DNA of 32,000 nucleotides from Candidatus Harpocratesius repetitus (GTDB lineage Archaea > Asgardarchaeota > Lokiarchaeia > Sigyniarchaeales > Promethearchaeaceae): the NCBI GenBank assembly GCA_021498095.1, contig JAIZWK010000001.1:3960001-3992000 (forward strand), read 5' to 3'. Every line of letters starts with the position of its first letter. The stretch's first letter is position 1. The translations under genes and the position numbers were made by a program. Below the pieces are notes generated by a model. It did not search any database and was not told the origin of the DNA. It was given only the letters and a program-made list of their open reading frames with translations. Of the stretch, positions 1 through 8,432 are shown in pieces.

Positions 1-1
1 T

Positions 2-1141
2 ATATGAATGAATTGTACGAGGAAAAGAGCGAATTAAAGCAGAAAGGGGGATTTTTTCACGTGCCAATATTTCTAAGATCTTTAGAGTAGTATAAACACC
101 ATCGCTGAACGGTCCATAATTTGGAAAATAGAATTTCATAGTATCAGCACCTCCAAAGATTCCGCGCTGTTCTCTTAGCTCACGTGATATTTCACCAGGA
201 AAATTTCGGGTTTTAAGTAATGTGAAACCACCTAATTCTTGAGCAAATTCCCCAATAATTTTAGATGCAGTTTTTGTTGTAATAATTGGTTGTTCTTTAG
301 TAGATGAAATAATGGGGTCATATTTCATAAAAAACATCATTAATTCTTCAAAAGTTAGTATTTTTCCTGTTTCATCGATATAAAGTGCACGGGATCCATC
401 AGTATCTAGAATTACTCCTAAATCTGCTTGAGATGCCTTCACAATATTTACTGCACTTTTAATTGATCTTAGATTAGGATACATCTCTGCTGATTTCTGA
501 TCATTTTCATAGGCATTTATAGCTATAACATCAACCTTAAGACTTGTTAAAATTCCAGGAAGGACAATAGATCCGGGACCATAAGAACAATCACAAACAA
601 CGTGCATTTGTTTTTTATTTTTGAATAAGTTTTGATCAACGAGTTGTGGAATGGCTTTTCGATAAATATCTTGAGTATGGGGTATATCAGTAATAGCACC
701 AACATCAAGTGGTTTTGCTCTATTAATTTTATTTTGTCTTAAATATTCATTAACACTATCAAGTTTTTTAATATCAAATTCTATTCCAGAAGAATCATAA
801 AAACGAATTTGATTTTGCATTTTTCCTGTCGAAACAGAAGAAAAATAAGCGCCAGCTGAAGCACCAAATCTTCGGATAGAAAATTGAAGAACAGAGACAG
901 GTGCTGAATGAAGATTTAAAATATCAACCCCAGAACTCATTAAACCACCAATAAATGCACGTTTAAGCATTCGATTATTATTTGAATATTCACGAGCAAT
1001 TACCGCAATTCCTTTTGAGCCTAAATATGTCCCGAAAGCTGCACCGATTTTAGCTGCAAGTTCTGGAGTTAAAATTTCATTACCAATTGCTTGAATTCGT
1101 CCCCGATTAATTATGTCTTTCAAATTTGTAATTTCGCTCAT
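2..1141 (-). CDS. Phosphohexomutase (PMM/PGM)-superfamily protein, probably catalytically inactive; 3' end runs off the window
   Basis: Hand translation (not in the ORF track), ATG at 1141, open to the window edge: MSEITNLKDIINRGRIQAIGNEILTPELAAKIGAAFGTYLG...RMLKRAFIGGLMSSGVDILNL...VVCDCSYGPGS...DLGVILDTDGSRALYIDETG. Typical PMM scaffold, but the TASHNP and DxDxDR motifs are degenerate. Confidence 0.85.
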   Translation of the reverse strand, partial: MSEITNLKDIINRGRIQAIGNEILTPELAAKIGAAFGTYLGSKGIAVIAREYSNNNRMLKRAFIGGLMSSGVDILNLHSAPVSVLQFSIRRFGASAGAYFSSVSTGKMQNQIRFYDSSGIEFDIKKLDSVNEYLRQNKINRAKPLDVGAITDIPHTQDIYRKAIPQLVDQNLFKNKKQMHVVCDCSYGPGSIVLPGILTSLKVDVIAINAYENDQKSAEMYPNLRSIKSAVNIVKASQADLGVILDTDGSRALYIDETGKILTFEELMMFFMKYDPIISSTKEQPIITTKTASKIIGEFAQELGGFTLLKTRNFPGEISRELREQRGIFGGADTMKFYFPNYGPFSDGVYTTLKILEILAREKIPLSALIRSFPRTIHSY

Positions 1142-1253
1142 TATGATATCACTTAGCACTAGATGGATTATAATTTATGTAACAATCTATATAATTATTA
1201 ATAGATATTCAGTCCCTTAAATGATTTTAATAATTAATCTTGATAATTGATTT

Positions 1254-4200
1254 CTATTTAAGTGATTCTAATAAGTGACTTACTTGATATTTAGCTTTTT
1301 GTGCCATGTCCCTCCATGTTAGAGTGAGATTTAGGTTTTGGGAGATAATTTCTGCATTTTTATCATAGATGGCAGGAATTAAAGAAATCAAAAATAACCA
1401 ATGGCATAATATATTAAAGCGATCTGCATTAAGCCATAGGATTTCTTGATATCGATTGAATTGTAGATAATTTTGAATTTCAGGATCGTTAAAGATTTTT
1501 GCTAATAAAGAATAGGATTTTGATACTCCATCCATAACACCTTTATTAAACCAATTTTGATGGACAATAAGTAGTTTAAGTAAATATAGAAGTTCAGAAA
1601 GATTAGAATCTTTTTCACAGATTTCTCCCATTACCCATTCCACAACATTCCCCAAGCGCCATTCTTCAAGCCAACTTCGACTTAAATTTTCAAAATCTTT
1701 ATTATAACGAATTTCTCCTAATCGATGAAGAGTAATCCAAGCGTAAAACAAGCCCCATTCTTCTATGTTTTTAGGTAAAAATGATTCTATAGCCTGCCAA
1801 TCATCTGATTTTAAGGAAATTCTTTTCAGTTCTTCTTTAAAATGGACAAAAAGATTCAATTCAGATTTCAAATGTTGTAAAAATTTCTCTAATTGCGCTA
1901 AAAGTTTAGTATTATCTATAGAAGAACTAAGAAATTTCCCAATTTCGCTCGAAAAAAGGTTGATTTGTTGAGAAATAGGATCATCCATAATATTAAAAGT
2001 GGGATTTTCAAGATTATATTGAGAATATAGACGATTTATAATAGATTTGTTATAAATTTCACGATAAGGTTGAAGAATTGGTTTATAGATTAATTCTTGC
2101 AAAGATTCTTGAATTGAAGGAACCCCTTTTCCATTTAGATATTTATATAGTTGGGCATAATGAAAATATTCATTATCTTTTTGAAAACGCCAGTCCATGA
2201 AACAAATACTCTGATATCCATGTAATTCAACATAAAAACCTTTCTCATGTAAATCTTGATTTAAAATTAAAAATTCTAAGCCAGACATATAATCTTTAAC
2301 TATAGAATAATTGTTACTAGGAATTTCTAATGCTTCTATAATATCTTTTTGGTGTATTGAACCATTTTCATTATATCCAACAGATTTTTTGATGTAACCC
2401 CGGGTTTCGTTATAACGGTTATTAAATATGACCAATCCTCGTTCACTTCCTATCATATTTGAGTAAACGAACACATCTTCATTTACATTTCCTCCTGTCC
2501 AAAAATCATATAGATAGAAATTTTGAGAATCTGCAAAAAGATATCGCTTTTTCATAATTGGAAAGATAGTTCTTTTGTGATGTTGCAATAACCCAATATT
2601 GACTTTTTCATCCCAATAAGCTCTTCGAAATTCCATCCCATATTTTTCTCTAAATCCTTCAATCTGTCCATGTCCAAACATAGGTAAACCAGGCATGGTG
2701 ACCAGTAACATACAAATGCCGAAATATTTATCTCCATCTCCAAACTGCTTAATGGCTGTTTCTTCATCTGGATTGTTCATGAAATTGACAAAGCGTTTTA
2801 AAATTCTTCTATCGAATTCTAAAGTTTTTTTTATTGATGAACGATAAAGCGCATTGTCTTCATCACGTAGTGCATTCATAAATATACTATTATAAACACG
2901 ATGCATACCAAGAGTTCTAACAAAAAAACCTTCTAATAACCAAAATGCTTCAGCTAATAAAAGAGTATCCGGGACTTCTTTTTTTATTCTATCAACAACT
3001 TCCCTCCAAAATTCTTCTGGCATTTGTTTTAAAAATTCTTCTTTTGTCATACCTAATCCTGCACGAGAAGGAATATCTCCCCCTGAACCTGGTTCTGGAT
3101 ACCACAATCTTTGAAAATGTAACCGTGTTAATGTCATTGCAGCATCAAATCGAATAATAGGAGATAATCGTGCAACATGCAGAATATTTTGAATAACAGC
3201 TTCACGAACTTCAGGAAGTAAATAGTTTAATTGTGCAGTATCATTCCACGGCATACTTGTTCCATCATTTCCATGATAAATATATCGAGTTCTTCCTGAA
3301 CGAAAGTCGACATGTTTGAAAGTAACTGCAGCGTCTTGGTGAGTAAAATATTTATCCTCCAGATAGATACCAAAATTTGGATCACCAGATAAACTATGTC
3401 CAGAATATTGATAAGACGGAAATGGAGGATAATCTAGCTGAATGAACCAATCAGGATGCTCACGTATCCATTTTGAGTCAATTCCGGTATGATTTGGCAC
3501 CATATCACTCGCAATTCTAATTCCTCTTGCTAATGCGCGATCTTTTAAGTTCTTATAAGCTTCAACCCCTCCAAGATCTTGTGCTATTGTATAATCATAT
3601 AATGAATAAGCAGAAGCAACAGCGTCATTATTCCCACACCACTGCTTTATCGTTTTTGAAGCGGGGCTTCTCTCCCATATTCCAATTAACCATAATGCAG
3701 TAAATCCCCAGCGAGCGAGTTCATCTAATTCTTCATCAGGAATCTGATCTAAATGTCTTATAGAACGTTTATATTTTTTGCTTAATTGATCCAACCAAAC
3801 ATATGAGTTTTTTGCAATCATTATAACTTTTGGCATCCAATCGCTATCTTGAGAGTAGTTTTCCTTATCTAATCCATAAAAATCAGGGATTTGAATTTTA
3901 CCTGGTCCCAAAAATCGGATTTTCTCTTCTTCGCGAATTAAATCTAGACTAATTAATAAAAGATAAGCCCATTTTCCTAAAAACCCAGACCAATGTTCTT
4001 GAATATATTTCAGTTGATCTTTCAAAGAATGAGGATTCTTATTAATTGGTTCACGTAGAGTTTCAATAATATTCTTGCCAGTAAATTTAAAGACAGGCTT
4101 TTTATCATAGAATTTTTCTATTTTTTCGATAATTTCCAAGTATTTTGCCTGTTTTTCTAAATCTTCATCATCAAAAAATTCTAAATAGGGAGAAAATGCA

Positions 4201-4673
4201 GGGTTGATATTACTTAACCAAAGATTTACAAATTCATTAATATACTTAACCCGATTTTTTATTCCAGATTCAGATTCTAATTTTTCTAAGAAATCATCCG
4301 TTGTTATTTCGTTTCGATAAATAGACTGAGGTGGGAATTCTTCAATAAGTAATTTAGTACTTTTTAGCAAGTTTTCTTTACCGATCTCATCTTCTAAGAA
4401 ATCATAGAGCTCTTGATTGATTTTTGGAGATTTAATTTCCTCCAAATATAATTGATAAATATATTCATTGATTTCAGTCAATAAAGAAATACCATAAACA
4501 TCAGATGTTTTAGCAGCCATTTCTGGAAAATTAATTAAATCTCGTTTTTCATTAATTTTTTGGGTAAATAAGCGGACTAAATGAATATCCCCTTGAAAAT
4601 AAAGATCTCCCTTATCTGAAAATAATGAATCATCAATTTGGTATTTTTCTCGTGAAAAGCGTGAAACTTTCAT
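1254..4673 (-). CDS. Large GH13 alpha-amylase family glycoside hydrolase (1139 aa)
   Basis: GH13 conserved regions present: SDMVPNHTG (I), IIRFDAAM (II, nucleophile Asp), LLLAEAFW (III, acid/base Glu), FMNNPDE (IV, Asp), plus LVTMPGLPMFGHGQ. Long N- and C-terminal helical extensions. Confidence 0.9.
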   Translation of the reverse strand: MKVSRFSREKYQIDDSLFSDKGDLYFQGDIHLVRLFTQKINEKRDLINFPEMAAKTSDVYGISLLTEINEYIYQLYLEEIKSPKINQELYDFLEDEIGKENLLKSTKLLIEEFPPQSIYRNEITTDDFLEKLESESGIKNRVKYINEFVNLWLSNINPAFSPYLEFFDDEDLEKQAKYLEIIEKIEKFYDKKPVFKFTGKNIIETLREPINKNPHSLKDQLKYIQEHWSGFLGKWAYLLLISLDLIREEEKIRFLGPGKIQIPDFYGLDKENYSQDSDWMPKVIMIAKNSYVWLDQLSKKYKRSIRHLDQIPDEELDELARWGFTALWLIGIWERSPASKTIKQWCGNNDAVASAYSLYDYTIAQDLGGVEAYKNLKDRALARGIRIASDMVPNHTGIDSKWIREHPDWFIQLDYPPFPSYQYSGHSLSGDPNFGIYLEDKYFTHQDAAVTFKHVDFRSGRTRYIYHGNDGTSMPWNDTAQLNYLLPEVREAVIQNILHVARLSPIIRFDAAMTLTRLHFQRLWYPEPGSGGDIPSRAGLGMTKEEFLKQMPEEFWREVVDRIKKEVPDTLLLAEAFWLLEGFFVRTLGMHRVYNSIFMNALRDEDNALYRSSIKKTLEFDRRILKRFVNFMNNPDEETAIKQFGDGDKYFGICMLLVTMPGLPMFGHGQIEGFREKYGMEFRRAYWDEKVNIGLLQHHKRTIFPIMKKRYLFADSQNFYLYDFWTGGNVNEDVFVYSNMIGSERGLVIFNNRYNETRGYIKKSVGYNENGSIHQKDIIEALEIPSNNYSIVKDYMSGLEFLILNQDLHEKGFYVELHGYQSICFMDWRFQKDNEYFHYAQLYKYLNGKGVPSIQESLQELIYKPILQPYREIYNKSIINRLYSQYNLENPTFNIMDDPISQQINLFSSEIGKFLSSSIDNTKLLAQLEKFLQHLKSELNLFVHFKEELKRISLKSDDWQAIESFLPKNIEEWGLFYAWITLHRLGEIRYNKDFENLSRSWLEEWRLGNVVEWVMGEICEKDSNLSELLYLLKLLIVHQNWFNKGVMDGVSKSYSLLAKIFNDPEIQNYLQFNRYQEILWLNADRFNILCHWLFLISLIPAIYDKNAEIISQNLNLTLTWRDMAQKAKYQVSHLLESLK

Positions 4674-4725
4674 GGATTTTTCCTCTAAATAAATTTAAAA
4701 TTGTTGATATAAAGAAAAAAAAGGA

Positions 4726-7700
4726 TTATAAATTTGAATTTAAAAAGGTAAAACTCTTCCAACCAGTGGAAATTTTCTCTCCTGTATCTAAATCGAAAAG
4801 CTCAAAACTATAATAAATTATAATTCCACTACTTATTGCATTTACTGGATTCATTTTTACGACCATACTATGACCTTGTCCGGGATATAACCCATCTACC
4901 CCATCCCATGTTGTGATTGTATAATTATAAGCAATTAGATTTGAACTGAAATTATATTCAACTCCAGCTAAATTTTGATTGAATAATTTTACATTCATTG
5001 GAACATCAGCACGAAGAGACATGTTTAAGGTTATATTTCTTTGTGGCAAAGAATCGTTTGTATTAAAATACTTTACCAAAACTTCAAACTCTGCCCAATT
5101 ATCTGGTGAATATTCAATCTGATCACCAGCATTTACAGTCAATTGTAAATCTTCGATAGTTTCTTCTGGAGTTGTTGTATTTAAGAATAAATCAAGTGCT
5201 AGTTTATTATATGCTTCTGTTAATGTATCTCCATAATAAGTTTGTTTTGTAAACGCATTCACTAATCCAGTACCAACAAAAGACTCATAATCACCAGTTT
5301 GTGAATAAATTGGAATGTAATAATAAAGAGAACCCGCTAAAGGATAGAGAAGTGTGTTCCCAAAACGTTCATTAGCAATTAAGGAGATTTCTTGAGTTGC
5401 TTGAGTCTTTAATTCATCTTTTGCAGTATTTGGGCCAATTAAATTATCTAAATCTTTTGCACGGAAGAAAAGAGTTTCACCAAAATGTTTTCCATGCCGT
5501 ATTACATATAATCCTGTAAGTTTCAGAGCATCTGCGCGATTATATTCAACCAATTGAACCCCTACAAATTCTAAACCTTCTCCTAAATCTGTTTCGATGT
5601 AAAAAACATCTGAGCCTTCTGGTAATTTAAAGAAATCACTCTGAGAATTCCATGTTCGTGGGTCTTCAACATGATAATAATAATCTATGCTTAGCTGCTT
5701 CTCCCATAATGTTTCAGGATAGCGTAATTGAGAGATTAACCAATCCTCGTTAGCAGGATTTTTCCAAGGATAGAAATCATTATCCCAATAAATCTTCCAG
5801 ATATTTTGAAGAGGATCGTTATTAATCATCTCAAAACCTGCAGGATTTTTGTACCATGTAAGTTCACCTGTTTTTACATCCACTAAAACCGTTCCTAAAA
5901 ACCGATATATTGGGGAATAAAAATAAGAAGATAATTTAATTTCAGTGTAAATAGAAACTCCATAATAAAGAGTATTATTTTCTCGATTAAATATTAAATA
6001 AGGATCGTTATCCAAGATCATTCCTGGCATAAGAACAGACTCTACACGGTTTATAATATTCCTATTTATCAAGAACTCTTTTTTGAACGAAGAATTTAAT
6101 GCAAAAGTAGACAACCCTGTTCCCATACTCATAATATACCAAAATGCTTCTAATCCTTGTAATTCCCCATCTGGTAAACCTTCATAAACAGAAGTTGAAT
6201 TTGTTGTTCTGGACCAACCAGTATTTAATAAAATATCATTATCATAAGCATAATAATCTGATAAAGTAATAAGATTATTCTGATTTTGAGAACTATAACT
6301 TGTATCTTCTCGTTCACCAAAAAATATAGGATAATTGCTTATAACACCAAAATCATCCATATAGTCAGAACTTGTTACCATTTCTCCAGTTGAAGTATCT
6401 AGCGCTAAAAATCCTTCAACATGATCATAAATTTCTGTATGTTCATATTTTACATCTTCAAGTAATTTGTCTAATAATAAAGTTTTCGGAGCAACCCAAT
6501 ATTCTCCATTACCTGGAATGTAAATAATATCACTATCAGCCATAGTTTCGTAATTATTCTTAATATCTCTAGCCATAATTTTTCCTGAATACTCTTTATC
6601 AAATTGTCTAATTACACCTAAAATTTCTGAATCAGAACTGTTGACATTGCTAGTATAATCATCAATATTCAATACTTGGAAAAAATTATTATTACCATAA
6701 CTTATACCTGCAGCTGTGCGTGTCCATTCAATTTGTTGTGAATACCGAACATTCCATTCAATTTCATCCCATACTTCTGGATTACCTAACTTTATCGTAG
6801 TAGGTATACTTACAAAGATCGGAATAAGCAAAATTACCAGAATACTTAAAGAAATAATTGCCATTCTACGTTTAAAACGTAAATCATTTAAATCTATATG
6901 ATATCCATATGCTTTCTTGCCATAAATAAATAAACCAATTCCAATACTGAAAAACACAAAAATTCCAAGATAAATCCCCCAAACACGTATTAAACTGATT
7001 CCATCTTGTGCTTTTAAAGGTCGATTAAATAATGCAATTATAAAAAAGATTCCAATTAAAAAACTGAATAAAGTAGTTATTTTTATTTCATTCCGATCCA
7101 TTACAAAATAGTAAATAATTCGTAATATGAGTCTAAATATGATTACACCTAGAACATACATTAAAATTGGATGAGTGATTGCTTGATAATAGAAAATATC
7201 AATCTCAGTAACTCTGGAAGGATCAGATAACGCTTTTAATGCATTAAAAAATTCTCCCGACCCAGGTTTAAGATAATTCTGCTGTGTTAACTCCATTGTT
7301 AATGCAAAATATCCCTTTTCTATTGATTGCCCAATAATATAGAAGAATATAAAACCAATAGTCCACCATAAAACCAATGATTTCCATTTTTTCAAGTTAT
7401 CCCAGCCAAATTTAAGACTTAATAATTTCAATAATGAATCTTCTGGTGGAATACTCATAATCAAAGCACCTAAAATTCCACCAATTAATCCAATTTTATT
7501 AAAGAAGAACTTCGTACTCCAGTAATCTAGAGTATAAATTCGCCAATAATTTATATCACTTTTCAAAGAATATAGTTGATTTTGGAGCGATACTTTTGCA
7601 TGCCATAAAGGATAACCATAAAAAATCCCAATAATTAAAGCAACAACAATTATAATTCCAATAATTGCAACGCGACGTTTAAAATCAGGATTTGGAGGAT

Positions 7701-7944
7701 TGTGATATTTAAAACGATTTGGTTTTGGAGGTTTAGGTGTTTCATCAGATATATGAGGTATTTCAGGCTCAATTTTCTTCTTATCTCGGTCTTCTTTTGA
7801 ATATAAAGAGCCAGTTCCATCTAATTGAGCATCTTGATAAAGCCTTTTTGATCGATCTTTATCATCTTCTTCATTTAGAGCACGGCAATCAGGACAACTA
7901 GCAACATAGCGATAATGTCGCTCACAACTTTTTTTCGGAGCCAT
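4726..7944 (-). CDS. UPF0182 (COG1615)-like integral membrane protein with an N-terminal Cys/His motif and a C-terminal beta-rich extension
   Basis: About 8-9 hydrophobic segments in the N-terminal 380 aa, then UPF0182-like motifs (QQIEWTRTAAGI, IFFGE, RNIINRVESVLMPGMILDNDPYLI, QLRYPETLWEKQ, YHVEDPRTWNSQSDFF, FGNTLLYPLAGSLYYYIPIY). Confidence 0.75.
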   Translation of the reverse strand: MAPKKSCERHYRYVASCPDCRALNEEDDKDRSKRLYQDAQLDGTGSLYSKEDRDKKKIEPEIPHISDETPKPPKPNRFKYHNPPNPDFKRRVAIIGIIIVVALIIGIFYGYPLWHAKVSLQNQLYSLKSDINYWRIYTLDYWSTKFFFNKIGLIGGILGALIMSIPPEDSLLKLLSLKFGWDNLKKWKSLVLWWTIGFIFFYIIGQSIEKGYFALTMELTQQNYLKPGSGEFFNALKALSDPSRVTEIDIFYYQAITHPILMYVLGVIIFRLILRIIYYFVMDRNEIKITTLFSFLIGIFFIIALFNRPLKAQDGISLIRVWGIYLGIFVFFSIGIGLFIYGKKAYGYHIDLNDLRFKRRMAIISLSILVILLIPIFVSIPTTIKLGNPEVWDEIEWNVRYSQQIEWTRTAAGISYGNNNFFQVLNIDDYTSNVNSSDSEILGVIRQFDKEYSGKIMARDIKNNYETMADSDIIYIPGNGEYWVAPKTLLLDKLLEDVKYEHTEIYDHVEGFLALDTSTGEMVTSSDYMDDFGVISNYPIFFGEREDTSYSSQNQNNLITLSDYYAYDNDILLNTGWSRTTNSTSVYEGLPDGELQGLEAFWYIMSMGTGLSTFALNSSFKKEFLINRNIINRVESVLMPGMILDNDPYLIFNRENNTLYYGVSIYTEIKLSSYFYSPIYRFLGTVLVDVKTGELTWYKNPAGFEMINNDPLQNIWKIYWDNDFYPWKNPANEDWLISQLRYPETLWEKQLSIDYYYHVEDPRTWNSQSDFFKLPEGSDVFYIETDLGEGLEFVGVQLVEYNRADALKLTGLYVIRHGKHFGETLFFRAKDLDNLIGPNTAKDELKTQATQEISLIANERFGNTLLYPLAGSLYYYIPIYSQTGDYESFVGTGLVNAFTKQTYYGDTLTEAYNKLALDLFLNTTTPEETIEDLQLTVNAGDQIEYSPDNWAEFEVLVKYFNTNDSLPQRNITLNMSLRADVPMNVKLFNQNLAGVEYNFSSNLIAYNYTITTWDGVDGLYPGQGHSMVVKMNPVNAISSGIIIYYSFELFDLDTGEKISTGWKSFTFLNSNL

Positions 7945-8097
7945 TTTTTTTCATCCTATTATTTATATATATCTGTAAGGTTCCACCTAAATAATACCTT
8001 ATCCATTATTTTAAAATCATTCTATTTTTATCAAATCAACTAATTTGCATAAAAAAATTTAAGCTCCAAAAATCTATTTGAATAATAGTGGATAGAG

Positions 8098-8388
8098 ATG
8101 TTTAAAAAAAAGGGTACAAAGAAAATTAAAAAAATAGAAAATATAAATTTAGTTTTAGCAGCATTAGGTGTAATGGAAGACGAAACGTTAAGATCTGTTC
8201 CTGCGGACGATATTGCCTTTTGTTTACAGATCGATTTTAAGAAAAAAATGAAAGATTTACAAGTTTTAGAAATATTAAAAAATGCTCAATCAGAAGGATA
8301 TTGCGAATATGCTAGTAAAGGATGGAAATTAAATCCTAAAGGGGAACAACTTGCAGATGAAACCTTAGCAATACTTTCTGAAGAATAA
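8098..8388 (+). CDS. Small hypothetical protein, possibly winged helix-turn-helix
   Basis: 96-aa ATG ORF. The pattern helix...ILKNAQSEGYCEY..GWKLNPKGEQLA resembles the wHTH recognition helix, wing and 'LTxKG' end. Confidence 0.55.
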   Translation: MFKKKGTKKIKKIENINLVLAALGVMEDETLRSVPADDIAFCLQIDFKKKMKDLQVLEILKNAQSEGYCEYASKGWKLNPKGEQLADETLAILSEE

Positions 8389-8432
8389 TAAAAACAATTC
8401 AAATTATCAAATTTATCAGGAGAACTAAGAAT

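Noticed and set aside
1765-3157. Short alternative ORFs 1765-1971, 2552-2767 and 2945-3157
   Set aside because: They are antisense or off-frame shadows within the well-supported GH13 gene and have no motifs.
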